64,000 nucleotides of DNA. Origin: Eubacteriales bacterium (GTDB lineage: Bacteria > Bacillota > Clostridia > Oscillospirales > CAG-272). The notes below the pieces were generated by a model that was not told the DNA's origin, ran no database searches, and worked only from the letters and a program-made list of their open reading frames with translations. The stretch spans positions 31,403-95,402 of the forward strand of contig JAZNDW010000012.1 in NCBI GenBank assembly GCA_045588245.1. Direction: 5' to 3'. The stretch's first letter is position 1; the number at the start of each line of letters is the position of its first letter. Positions 37,948 through 46,936 of this stretch are shown here, piece after piece. Both the position numbers and the translations under genes were made by a program.

Positions 37948-38831
37948 AAAAGCTTTTCAATATTATAGGAAAAACCGTTGTCACCGTCACGGCGCGACAG
38001 TCCGACCGTATATCCGAATGCACCCGAGGTTAAAAGACGTTTCATCTCGGGACGCGCCGACAGCTCGTCTTTATTTCCTGCGTGGCACGTTGCTATCAGC
38101 GGCACACCGCACGAATATGCGTATAACGCCGCATTTGCATCAAGCTCACCCGACAGCTCGTCGCATATTATCAGCTCAGGTGAAAGTGAACGAACCGCCG
38201 TTTTTATGCCTTCGTATTTCGGATAATATAAAAGCGTGTCCGCCGTTGAGGAATTATCGTAAAATGAGAGCTCTCCCCGCGTATCAATAACCGAAAACTG
38301 CACAAAGATCGAAGAAAGCGAACGCATAAGGTCACGAAGAAGCGTAGTTTTGCCGACCGCAGGCGGCGAATAGATCAGTATACCGTGTCCCCGGTCGTGC
38401 TGATAAAGGTCAAAAATATCGGCGGCACAGCCGGGAACGTCGTGCGGAATGCGTATTGTGACGGACGAGTATTCGGTTACGGTTTCGGTCTTGCCGTTTT
38501 TTTGCACCGCACGTCCCGTAACGCCGCACCGTATACCGCCGACGCTTATGTAGCCTTCTCGGATCGTTTCGGCGTGAGCGTAAACGGATCCGTCCGTGAG
38601 GGCGAAAACGATACTGTCAAGCTGTCGAACCGACAGTATTGGTTCTATCGGATACGAGCGTCTTCCTACGGACAGAAACGAACGTGCACCGCGCCGCAAG
38701 CGTATGTCTGTGACCTTTTCGCTGTCGAGCCTATAGTCACGCACTGTTTTGTATATAGCCGAGCGGAGTGGCATAGGCAACAGCTCTGCCGCTCGGCGAA
38801 ATGTTGTGTTTTGCTGTTCTGTTTTTATCAT
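37944..38831 (-). CDS. spoIIIAA: stage III sporulation protein AA (secretion-type ATPase)
   Basis: Walker A SPPAVGKTTLLRDL and Walker B LIICDEL. First gene of the operon. The start is uncertain because no SD precedes 38831. Confidence 0.85.
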   Translation of the reverse strand: MIKTEQQNTTFRRAAELLPMPLRSAIYKTVRDYRLDSEKVTDIRLRRGARSFLSVGRRSYPIEPILSVRQLDSIVFALTDGSVYAHAETIREGYISVGGIRCGVTGRAVQKNGKTETVTEYSSVTIRIPHDVPGCAADIFDLYQHDRGHGILIYSPPAVGKTTLLRDLMRSLSSIFVQFSVIDTRGELSFYDNSSTADTLLYYPKYEGIKTAVRSLSPELIICDELSGELDANAALYAYSCGVPLIATCHAGNKDELSARPEMKRLLTSGAFGYTVGLSRRDGDNGFSYNIEKLL

Positions 38832-38996
38832 GGTACAAGTATATTGGCACGTCTTCGGATTTATGCATTATATCCCGGACGCGAAAAGAACGGTGTTCGA
38901 CGCAGTCGTACAAAAACAAAAGAATTGAGTTGAATCGTCGGGAATAATATGATATACTACATTATAATAAATCAATTATTATAACGGAGATATGAT

Positions 38997-39749
38997 ATGT
39001 TTGACAGAAAGAAAACGACATCGGAGCTTATCGGATGGGTGCGCGATTGGTTTGACCGCAACGGTCGCGGCTGTAACGCCGTTATCGGAATATCGGGCGG
39101 CAAGGACAGCTCCGTCGCCGCGGCTGTGTGCGTTGCGGCGCTTGGCGCTGACCGCGTAATCGGTGTTTTGATGCCGAACGGCGAACAGTCCGATATCGAT
39201 GCATCGTATAAACTCGTAAATTATCTCGGAATTAAGTATCACGTTGTCAACATCAAAGAATCTTATGACGGCATGATTGCCGCAATAAAGGACTGTATTC
39301 CCGAAATAAGCTCGCAGAGCACGGTGAATTTAGCTCCGCGTCTGCGTATGTCTGCGCTTTACTGCATCTCGCAGTCGAGTAACGGACGCGTTATTAACAC
39401 GTGTAATCTCTCCGAGGACTGGGTCGGCTACAGTACGCGCTACGGCGACGCCGCAGGCGACGTTTCGCCGCTTGCGATGCTGACAGTACAAGAGGTGATC
39501 GACATCGGACGTGAGCTCGGACTGCCGAGGGAGCTTACCGAGAAGGTGCCGTCCGACGGACTTTGCGGTAAAACCGACGAAGACAATCTCGGCTTTACGT
39601 ACGCATCACTCGACAGATATATCCGAGAGGGAAAATGTGAGGACGAAGCTCTGCGAGAAAAGATCGACCGCCGTCACTATGCCAACAAGTTCAAGCTTCA
39701 GTTGATGGAGCACTATGAGCCCGAGCTTCCCGTACTCGCAAACGATTAA
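38997..39749 (+). CDS. nadE: ammonia-dependent NAD+ synthetase
   Basis: PP-loop GISGGKDSS and the overall NadE pattern (SEDWVGYSTRYGD, DGLCGKTDEDNLGFTY). Confidence 0.9.
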   Translation: MFDRKKTTSELIGWVRDWFDRNGRGCNAVIGISGGKDSSVAAAVCVAALGADRVIGVLMPNGEQSDIDASYKLVNYLGIKYHVVNIKESYDGMIAAIKDCIPEISSQSTVNLAPRLRMSALYCISQSSNGRVINTCNLSEDWVGYSTRYGDAAGDVSPLAMLTVQEVIDIGRELGLPRELTEKVPSDGLCGKTDEDNLGFTYASLDRYIREGKCEDEALREKIDRRHYANKFKLQLMEHYEPELPVLAND

Positions 39750-39761
39750 AGGAGATAAAAC

Positions 39762-41264
39762 ATGGATATCAAAACAGCAACCGAAATATTCAAAAGAACA
39801 CAGAAGAAGCTTCACGCCTACGGTTTTGCAACGACGGCGGTATATTATGACGCCGTAACCGTTGCACCCGACGGAGGAGAGCGCGAGCGCAACGAAGCTA
39901 TGGAGATCCTTTCCAATATAACCTATGAGATCGAAACGGCTCCCGAAATGCTCGAAGCGGTAGCATATCTTTATGATCACCGCGACGAGCTTGATCCGAA
40001 GCTTCGCCGTGAGATCACCGTATACAGTAAGCAGAGCGAATACATCAAGAGTATTCCGCAGGAAGAATACGTCGCATACAGCGTGCTTCTGAACGAGGCT
40101 CATTCGATCTGGCGCCGCGCCAAGGAGAATAACGATTACGCTTCGTTTGCCCCGACCTTAAAGAAAATATTTGACACGAACAAAAAGTTCGCGCTTTACT
40201 ATAAACCCGACCGTGATCCGTACGACACGCTTCTTGACACTTACGAAGAGGGCTTGACAAAAGAAAAATGCGACGCATTTTTCGCAGAGCTGCGCGAAAC
40301 TATCGTGCCGCTCGTTAAAAAGATCGCAGAGGTAAAACAGATCGAAAACGGATTCATGTTCCGCACGTATCCGCTTCATTTGCAGCGCGAATTTTCCGAC
40401 TGCCTGATGGAGAAAATGGCGATCGACCGCAAGCACTGTAATATCGGAGAAACGGAGCATCCTTTCACGCTGAATTTCAATAAGCACGACGTCAGAATCA
40501 CGACGCATTATCACGAAAACGACCTTTCCAATTCAATGTATTCTGTCGTTCATGAGGGCGGACACGCGCTGTACGAGCTCGGCTCGGGCGATGAATACGA
40601 GGGCACGGGACTTTCGGGCGGTGCTTCCATGGCGATGCACGAAACGATCTCCCGCTTCTATGAAAACATTATCGGCAGAAGCCGCACGTTTATCTCGCTT
40701 ATTTTTCCGAAGCTGTGTGAGCTTTTCCCGAACGAATTGGCTGACGTGACCGAAGAACAGTTCTACCTCGCTGCAAATTACAGCGCACCGTCACTCATAA
40801 GAACGGAAGCTGACGAACTTTCGTATACGCTTCACGTTATGGTCCGCTACGAGATCGAGCGCGGAATGATGGACGGCAGCTACACCGTTGACGACCTACC
40901 GCGTGTTTGGAAAGAGAAGTATAAGCACTATTTAGGCGTTGACGTCCCCGACGATACGCGCGGAGTGCTTCAGGATTCGCATTGGTCGGGCGGCTCTGTC
41001 GGATATTTCCCGTCCTATGCGCTCGGCTCCGCATACGGCGCGCAGATTTATGAAACGATGAAAAATGAGTTTGACATAGACGCCGCTATCGCTGAAGCGG
41101 GAAGTACGGCTCCCGTCAATTCATGGCTTGAGGAGCACATCTTCCGCCACGGAGCTATGTATAATTCCGATGAGCTGTTGAAAATGTGCACGGGCGAAGA
41201 ATTTTCCGCTAAATACTATACCGATTATCTGACACGTAAATATACGGAGATATACGGTCTATAA
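39762..41264 (+). CDS. carboxypeptidase M32 (Taq-type metallocarboxypeptidase)
   Basis: HEGGHALYE (HExxH), HETISRFYEN, IRTEADELSY and DSHWSGGSVGYFPSY blocks. Confidence 0.9.
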   Translation: MDIKTATEIFKRTQKKLHAYGFATTAVYYDAVTVAPDGGERERNEAMEILSNITYEIETAPEMLEAVAYLYDHRDELDPKLRREITVYSKQSEYIKSIPQEEYVAYSVLLNEAHSIWRRAKENNDYASFAPTLKKIFDTNKKFALYYKPDRDPYDTLLDTYEEGLTKEKCDAFFAELRETIVPLVKKIAEVKQIENGFMFRTYPLHLQREFSDCLMEKMAIDRKHCNIGETEHPFTLNFNKHDVRITTHYHENDLSNSMYSVVHEGGHALYELGSGDEYEGTGLSGGASMAMHETISRFYENIIGRSRTFISLIFPKLCELFPNELADVTEEQFYLAANYSAPSLIRTEADELSYTLHVMVRYEIERGMMDGSYTVDDLPRVWKEKYKHYLGVDVPDDTRGVLQDSHWSGGSVGYFPSYALGSAYGAQIYETMKNEFDIDAAIAEAGSTAPVNSWLEEHIFRHGAMYNSDELLKMCTGEEFSAKYYTDYLTRKYTEIYGL

Positions 41265-41290
41265 TTAATACGTCAAAAAGGAGGAGTACC

Positions 41291-42061
41291 GTGAAAAAAC
41301 GCAAGCATTTGTTTGCCGCGTTCGTTACCGCGGCGCTCCTCCTTATACTATTTGTGATTCTTTTCGTATACATATCGTGGTTCACGCCGAAAGGATACAG
41401 AATAACCGTCGGAATACACGGCTACCGAGAGATACTTGACGGCGTGTGGCTTGATAATAATTACGAAGGCGACACATCCGAGCTGTGCGCTATCTATTTT
41501 GAGGCTCGCAACAGAGTAGAATCGTTTTTCGGCGATGTGCGCTCGGAGCCCGTATTGATAATAACCGAAGACGAAAGTAAACAGCAGCGCCTCGGCGGCG
41601 ACAGTGACATAATTTCGTTTGCGGCAGGGGACGTGTATTCGTATATTTCCGTCAGCATCGAAAAATACGACGTTGACACGCTCGCGCACGAGCTTGCCCA
41701 TGCCGAGATACACAAACGTATTTTTAACGGTAAGGTCTCTTCGGGGCGTATTGTGCCGCCGTGGTTTGACGAGGGAATCGCGCTGCAGCTTGATTACAGC
41801 ACGAAATACAGCTGGGAAACGCTCCTACGTTATACGGAAGACCTGACGGTTCTGCCCGATTTTGAGCTTTTGTCAGATGAAGATTATTTTTATAACGACG
41901 ATCCCGAAACGGAAATGTATAATTATCTTGCGGCAAAATATGAAGTCGGCAGATGGCTGCTCGAAAACGGCGGCGAAGACGAGCTTATGAAATTACTCGA
42001 TAAAATCAACGGCGGGGCAGAGTTTGCGTCCTTATATGACATACCAATGATCGATGATTAA
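41291..42061 (+). CDS. membrane-anchored putative zinc metallopeptidase (peptidase-MA-like HExxH...E)
   Basis: GTG start with SD AGGAGG upstream. N-terminal TM. HELAHAEIH followed by FDEGIA. Confidence 0.5.
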   Translation: MKKRKHLFAAFVTAALLLILFVILFVYISWFTPKGYRITVGIHGYREILDGVWLDNNYEGDTSELCAIYFEARNRVESFFGDVRSEPVLIITEDESKQQRLGGDSDIISFAAGDVYSYISVSIEKYDVDTLAHELAHAEIHKRIFNGKVSSGRIVPPWFDEGIALQLDYSTKYSWETLLRYTEDLTVLPDFELLSDEDYFYNDDPETEMYNYLAAKYEVGRWLLENGGEDELMKLLDKINGGAEFASLYDIPMIDD

Positions 42062-42066
42062 CAAAA

Positions 42067-42097
42067 AATCGCAACCGAAGTGGTTGCGATTTTTTTA
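42067..42097 (+). terminator. rho-independent terminator
   Basis: AATCGCAACC-gaagt-GGTTGCGATT followed by TTTTTT. Confidence 0.85.
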
Positions 42098-42312
42098 ATA
42101 TAGGTGTATAATGTGCATATGATGCGGAATAACGATATAAATCGTGGCAAATCGCAACCGTTAGGTTCGCTCAAATTACATACATAAATTGGTGGCAAAC
42201 GGCTTGCGTGTCGATTATAATACTATATCAGATGGATATGTTTTAACCGTTTACGCTTTTATATATGCTTGTTAGCCGATATAGGTCCGTATTCTGTAAA
42301 AGGAGATTAATT

Positions 42313-43950
42313 ATGAAGCTTTCTGATAAGATAACTTACTTGCGTACTAAACTCAATATGTCGCAGGAGGAGCTCGCAGACTATTTGAACGTCTCGCGGC
42401 AATCCGTTTCCAAGTGGGAGATAGGTCAGTCCGATCCGAGGATCGACAAGATCATTCAGCTTTGCGCTCTTTTCGGCGTAACGACGGATGAGCTGATCCG
42501 TGACGAGATCGACATTTCCGACGCTATTACTGAAACGGGAAGTGCCGGGCTGTCCTCAGGCAAATACTTCGGTACTGACGGTTTCCGCGGCGAGGCAAAC
42601 GTTGACCTCAACGCAGAGCAGGCGTTCAAGATCGGACGTTTTTTAGGCTGGTATTATTCAAGCTCGTTGTCAGGCTGCCGTGACCGCAACTACCGCCCGC
42701 GCATAGCCATTGGTAAGGATACGCGCCGTTCGAGCTATATGCTCGAATACGCGATTGCTGCAGGCGTGACCTCGTCGGGGGCTGACGCTTATATGCTTCA
42801 CGTAACGACGACTCCGAGCGTTTCATATGTAACGCGGCTTGACGATTTCGATTGCGGAATTATGATCTCTGCATCACATAACGTCTATTACGATAACGGT
42901 ATCAAGCTGATCAACCGCTACGGTGAAAAAATGGACGAACATACGCTGGCGCTCGTTGAAGCATATATAGACGGCAACCTTTCCGCTCTCGGTGTTGAAG
43001 GAAACGATCTTCCGCTCGCTCACAAGGAGCGCGTGGGCGCGATAATAGACTATGCCGCGGGCAGAAACCGCTACGTCGGGTACCTCATATCCGTCGTAAC
43101 ACATTCCTTCCGAAATATGAAGATAGCTCTTGACTGCGCCAACGGCGCATCGTGGATGATAGCGCCAGCCGTTTTTGAAGCGCTCGGCGCACAGATCTTC
43201 GTCATTAACGGTCAGCCCGACGGTCAGAATATCAACCGCAACGCAGGTTCGACGCACATCGAATACCTTGCCGCGTACGTTAAGGAAAACCACCTTGACG
43301 TCGGTTTCGCTTTCGACGGAGATGCGGACCGCTGCATCGCCGTTGACGAAAACGGCAACGTTATTGACGGCGATAAGATAATGTTCGTGCTTGCAAATAT
43401 GCTCAAGCGACGCGGCGCACTTGAGGATGATATGCTCGTAACGACAGTTATGTCAAACGCAGGTCTTTATAAATCATGCAAAGAAGCCGGTATTAACACG
43501 ATTCAAACAAACGTGGGCGATAAATACGTCTACGAAGCGATGCAAAAGCACGGCTACTCGCTCGGCGGCGAGCAGTCGGGACACATCATCATTCATAAGT
43601 ACGCAACGACGGGTGACGGTATACTGACGGCTCTGATGGTTATGGAGGAAATACTTGACCGTAAAACTACACTCGGTAAGCTCGCTTCCGCAGTTACGAT
43701 ATATCCGCAGGTGCTTCGCAACATCAGAGTTACCGATAAGACCGTCGTTATGAGAGATCCCGATATAAAAGTAAAGCTTGATAAGATAACGGAAAGCTTA
43801 GGTGACTCGGGAAGAATACTCGTCCGCAAGAGCGGAACAGAGCCTTTGATACGCGTTATGGCAGAGGGCGAGGATATCGATCTTTGCGAGCATTACGTTA
43901 ACTCCGTTATCGAGCTTATCAAAGCAAAAGGCTATGCCGCACGCAGCTGA
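42313..43950 (+). CDS. glmM: XRE-family HTH domain fused to a complete phosphoglucosamine mutase (GlmM-type phosphohexomutase)
   Basis: Residues 1-65: LRTKLNMSQEELADYLNVSRQSVSKWEIGQSDPRIDKIIQLCALFGVTTDELI (HTH_3). After an ~18-aa linker comes KYFGTDGFRGEAN (GlmM N-terminus). All four mutase motifs follow: ISASHN, FDGDADR, GGEQSGH, RKSGTEPLIRV. The ATG at 42313 has SD AAAGGAG upstream. Confidence 0.85.
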   Translation: MKLSDKITYLRTKLNMSQEELADYLNVSRQSVSKWEIGQSDPRIDKIIQLCALFGVTTDELIRDEIDISDAITETGSAGLSSGKYFGTDGFRGEANVDLNAEQAFKIGRFLGWYYSSSLSGCRDRNYRPRIAIGKDTRRSSYMLEYAIAAGVTSSGADAYMLHVTTTPSVSYVTRLDDFDCGIMISASHNVYYDNGIKLINRYGEKMDEHTLALVEAYIDGNLSALGVEGNDLPLAHKERVGAIIDYAAGRNRYVGYLISVVTHSFRNMKIALDCANGASWMIAPAVFEALGAQIFVINGQPDGQNINRNAGSTHIEYLAAYVKENHLDVGFAFDGDADRCIAVDENGNVIDGDKIMFVLANMLKRRGALEDDMLVTTVMSNAGLYKSCKEAGINTIQTNVGDKYVYEAMQKHGYSLGGEQSGHIIIHKYATTGDGILTALMVMEEILDRKTTLGKLASAVTIYPQVLRNIRVTDKTVVMRDPDIKVKLDKITESLGDSGRILVRKSGTEPLIRVMAEGEDIDLCEHYVNSVIELIKAKGYAARS

Positions 43951-43966
43951 TGCGGAGGTAACGACT

Positions 43967-44644
43967 GTGAAGTACGAATATTTATCACAGAATGCGCTCT
44001 TTGATATGGCGCATACCGAGTCTGCCGCAATATTTGACGGCTGTGAATATCCGTGGGAAGCACTTGCCAAGATCAGCGATTTTATCGTCGCACGCGGCGC
44101 GACGCTTCCGTCCCACGAATATGACAGTCCCGCGCCGAACGTTTGGATCGCAAAGGACGCGAAGGTTGCTCCTACCGCGTCGATCACAGGCCCGTGTATC
44201 ATTGAATCGGGCGCGGAAATACGCCACTGTGCGTTCATCCGCGGATCTGCAATCATTGGACGCGGTGCCGTCGTCGGCAACTCGACAGAGCTGAAAAACG
44301 TTATCCTTTTTGATAAGGTGCAGGTTCCGCATTACAATTACGTCGGCGACTCGATCCTCGGCTACGGCGCGCACATGGGCGCCGCCTCGATCACCTCAAA
44401 TGTAAAAGGCGATAAAAAGCTCGTTTCCGTCCACACGCCTGACGGCGATATCGAAACGGGACGCAAAAAATTCGGAGCCATGCTCGGAGATTTTGCAGAG
44501 ATAGGATGCGGCAGCATTCTTAATCCCGGTACCGTTATCGGCCGCGGTGCGAGGGTGTATCCGCTTTCAAGCGTCCGCGGATGCGTCCCCGAAAAGCATA
44601 TATACAAAAGTCAGGAGAAGATCGAACCGATCAGGGAAGATTAA
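43967..44644 (+). CDS. left-handed beta-helix (hexapeptide-repeat) acyltransferase, GlmU C-terminal-domain-like
   Basis: Hexapeptide runs IESGAEIRHCAFIRGSAIIGRGAVVGNSTELKNVILFDKVQVPHYNYVGDSILG...IGCGSILNPGTVIG. I chose the GTG at 43967, with SD GGAGG 8 nt upstream; the track ORF starts at 43934, inside glmM. Confidence 0.7.
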   Translation: MKYEYLSQNALFDMAHTESAAIFDGCEYPWEALAKISDFIVARGATLPSHEYDSPAPNVWIAKDAKVAPTASITGPCIIESGAEIRHCAFIRGSAIIGRGAVVGNSTELKNVILFDKVQVPHYNYVGDSILGYGAHMGAASITSNVKGDKKLVSVHTPDGDIETGRKKFGAMLGDFAEIGCGSILNPGTVIGRGARVYPLSSVRGCVPEKHIYKSQEKIEPIRED

Positions 44645-44648
44645 CGAT

Positions 44649-44685
44649 AAAAAATAAGGCGAGGTGTCCTCGCCTTATTTTTTGT
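44649..44685. terminator. bidirectional rho-independent terminator
   Basis: ATAAGGCGAGG-tgt-CCTCGCCTTAT flanked by an A-run and a T-run. Confidence 0.85.
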
Positions 44686-44692
44686 TTATATT

Positions 44693-46186
44693 TTACTTGT
44701 GATTTTTATATTCTTCGTTCAGCTCGGGATAAGCGGAGAGCATAGGCTCAACGTCCTCGCCATTTTTGCGTGCGTAGTAGTTTTTCGTGATCTTAACGAC
44801 CTGACCGGAAAGAAGAACTACTGCAATAAGGTTCGGCAGTGCCATAAGTCCGTTGCAAGTGTCGGAAATGCTCCATACAAGTTTACTTTCAATAACCGCA
44901 GACGCAACTATCATAACGATATAGATGAGCTTGAAAATAAACACGAACACTTTGCTGCATTTTTCACCAAAGCGCGAGAAAAGGAATTCGGTAGCCTTTT
45001 CGCCATAGTAAGACCAGGAAAGGATCGTTGTGAAAGCGAAAAGGGGAAGAATGATCGAAAAGGATACGATGCCGAATATGCCGAAATTCTCGGAGAATGC
45101 GAGCATGGATACGGCAGAGTCGGATGAGTTTGCCGTGAAGGATTCGATCGCACCGTTGCTGATAAAAGTTGTCAGAATCAACAGGGCAGTGAAAGTACAG
45201 ATTATAAATGTATCAAAGAATACTTCGAAAATTCCCCAGAGTCCCTGCTTAACGGGTTCACGTGTTTCGGAAGCGGAATGTGCGATAACGGAAGAACCGA
45301 GACCTGCTTCATTGGAGAAAACGCCGCGCGCCATACCTTTTTTGATAACGACGGAGAAAACGTAACCGCCGAAACCGCCTGCCATAGCCTTGAAACCGAA
45401 AATGTTGGAGAAAATCATGGAAAATGCTGCAGGTACGGCTTCAATGTTCATAATAACGGCGACGATACCGAGAATTATGAAGAGTAAAGACATAAACGGT
45501 ACGAGCGTGGAAGCAACTTTACCGATGCGCTTGATACCGCCGATAATGATCAGAGCAGAGAAGAGCGCAACGATAATACCGACTATAAGTTTGAAGTTCG
45601 TAGTGTCGCTGTTAAATGATGAAGCGAGCGCTCCCGAGATCTTGTTCGTCTGAACTCCGCTCATACCGAGCGCGGCGAGCATACAGAAGATGGCGGCAAG
45701 GTATCCGAGCCAACGCCAGCCAAGACCGTACGTTATGTAGTAGAAAGCACCGCCCGAGAAGTTTCCGTCCTTGTCTTTTTTACGGTAGAATAAACCGAGT
45801 ACGTTTTCTGCATAGTTTGTGATCATACCGAAAAATGCGGAGATCCACATCCAGAATACGGCGCCGGGACCGCCCGTAAGGATCGCAGAAACGACGCCGA
45901 CGATGTTACCCGTGCCGACTGTACCGGAAATAGCGGCGGAAAAGGCTTCAAACTGTGAGATAGATTTTGCGTCTGTGTCCTCTTTTTTCGGTCTGCCGAT
46001 CTCTTTGATAGTCGGAATGATGGTCGTGTTCATGGATTCGCCGAGTTTGCGTACCTGCATGACACGCGTACGGACTGTGAGCAAAATTCCCGTTCCGAGA
46101 ATCAGGATGATCATGGGCCATCCCCATACGACCCCGTTCATAAACGAGTCGATTTTTGTGATAAAGTCGATGATTTTTTCAAACAT
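44693..46186 (-). CDS. alanine/glycine:cation symporter (AGCS family)
   Basis: The N-terminus INGVVWGWPMIILILGTGILLTVRTRVMQVRKL and SQFEAFSAAISGTVGTGNIVGV are AGCS hallmarks. Confidence 0.9.
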   Translation of the reverse strand: MFEKIIDFITKIDSFMNGVVWGWPMIILILGTGILLTVRTRVMQVRKLGESMNTTIIPTIKEIGRPKKEDTDAKSISQFEAFSAAISGTVGTGNIVGVVSAILTGGPGAVFWMWISAFFGMITNYAENVLGLFYRKKDKDGNFSGGAFYYITYGLGWRWLGYLAAIFCMLAALGMSGVQTNKISGALASSFNSDTTNFKLIVGIIVALFSALIIIGGIKRIGKVASTLVPFMSLLFIILGIVAVIMNIEAVPAAFSMIFSNIFGFKAMAGGFGGYVFSVVIKKGMARGVFSNEAGLGSSVIAHSASETREPVKQGLWGIFEVFFDTFIICTFTALLILTTFISNGAIESFTANSSDSAVSMLAFSENFGIFGIVSFSIILPLFAFTTILSWSYYGEKATEFLFSRFGEKCSKVFVFIFKLIYIVMIVASAVIESKLVWSISDTCNGLMALPNLIAVVLLSGQVVKITKNYYARKNGEDVEPMLSAYPELNEEYKNHK

Positions 46187-46208
46187 TGTGCGTTACCTCG
46201 CAAAAAGA

Positions 46209-46240
46209 AAATAAAAAAGAGCTAAACCGTAGTTTAACTC
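46209..46240 (-). terminator. intrinsic terminator forming the expression platform of the glycine riboswitch
   Basis: Minus strand reads GAGTTAAAC-tacg-GTTTAGCTC (9 bp, one G-U) followed by TTTTTTATTTT. It lies 22 nt before the SD and ATG of the symporter gene. Confidence 0.8.
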
Positions 46241-46297
46241 CGAAAGTAAAACGCAAAAAGCATACCGCTGGCGTGATGCGATTGATAAAATACTTTT

Positions 46298-46465
46298 TTG
46301 CTCCGTCCTTTTGCCTGAGAGATTAGCACGAACCGTCAGGTTAGTACGTTGCACCTTCGGCATCCTTAATAGGACTTCTCCGGAGTGCTATCCGAATACA
46401 GTTCCTGTCCCGTGTTGGACACCTGAGAGTGTTACTCCTTCGGTCGCTGTGCGTCTCCTGTATTC
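46298..46465 (-). ncRNA. tandem glycine riboswitch (two aptamers)
   Basis: Aptamer 1 on the minus strand: GGAGA...ACCGAAGGAGTAA...CTCAGGTGTCCAACACGGGACAG. Aptamer 2: CTCCGGAGAAG...GCCGAAGGTGCAA...CTCTCAGGCAAAAGGACGGAG. Both match the conserved GGAGA / CCGAAGG.GCAA / CTCAGG..GGAC cores. The downstream gene class is the one typically controlled by this riboswitch. Confidence 0.9.
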
Positions 46466-46491
46466 TTCATATAGCTCTTACTTGATTCGGT

Positions 46492-46520
46492 ATTGTATCA
46501 CAAACGTATTTACGATGCAA
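46492..46520 (-). promoter_or_regulatory. sigma-A promoter driving the riboswitch and symporter transcript
   Basis: Minus strand reads TTGCAT-17 nt-TACAAT with a TG extended -10 element. Confidence 0.65.
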
Positions 46521-46717
46521 TAGTTTTTTGAAATAAATTGTGTTTTTGTGAAATATTGTTCTTCCGGTGATGCATAATGCGGGCGAAAATATTAATATAT
46601 CATAGAATATAATTCATGAAATGAAAAAACAGCACACGGAAAGTTGCAAAACTGCAAAAAATGGACATAATAATAAATAATAAGAAAAAGAAAATCGAGG
46701 AATTTTCAAAATAGGTA

Positions 46718-46746
46718 TTGACAGGCGCAACATATAGTGCTATAAT
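46718..46746 (+). promoter_or_regulatory. consensus sigma-A promoter of the tRNA operon
   Basis: TTGACA-17 nt-TATAAT with TGc just upstream of the -10. An AT-rich UP-like region lies upstream. The first tRNA starts 22 nt after the -10. Confidence 0.8.
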
Positions 46747-46768
46747 ACTAAAGCTGATAAAAAAGCTT

Positions 46769-46852
46769 GCCGCTGTGGCGTAATCGGCAGACGCAGCGGA
46801 CTTAAAATCCGCCGGAGTAAAATCCGTACCGGTTCAAGTCCGGTCAGCGGCA
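46769..46852 (+). tRNA. tRNA-Leu (anticodon UAA), class II with long variable arm; CCA not encoded
   Basis: Hand-folded cloverleaf. Acceptor GCCGCTG/CAGCGGC, D-stem GCGT/ACGC, anticodon stem GCGGA/TCCGC with loop CTTAAAA, variable arm CGGAGTAAAATCCGT, T-arm ACCGG-TTCAAGT-CCGGT. Confidence 0.92.
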
Positions 46853-46860
46853 CGATATAT

Positions 46861-46934
46861 CGCGGAGTGGAGCAGTCTGGTAGCTCGTTGGGCTCATAAC
46901 CCGAAGGTCGTTGGTTCAAATCCTTCCTCCGCAA
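46861..46934 (+). tRNA. initiator-type tRNA-Met (CAU) with a non-canonical T-stem; CCA not encoded
   Basis: C1xA72 mismatch (CGCGGAG...CTCCGCA-A) and three G-C pairs closing the anticodon loop (GGGCTCATAACCC) are initiator hallmarks. The T-stem GTTGG/CCTTC has two U-U mismatches (see findings). Confidence 0.75.
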
Positions 46935-46936
46935 TC

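Noticed and set aside
42098-42312. glmS-type ribozyme or other known riboswitch upstream of the HTH-glmM gene
   Set aside because: No conserved glmS-ribozyme core is recognisable. Only short direct repeats (AATCGCAACC, GTGGCAAA) are present, and these are mentioned under the fusion finding.
46311-46523. 70-aa ORF on the plus strand
   Set aside because: It lies entirely antisense to the tandem glycine riboswitch and its promoter. It has no SD, and its composition is explained by the RNA element.
46740-46934. 64-aa ORF on the minus strand
   Set aside because: It is antisense to the two tRNA genes. This is an artefact of stop-free structured RNA sequence.
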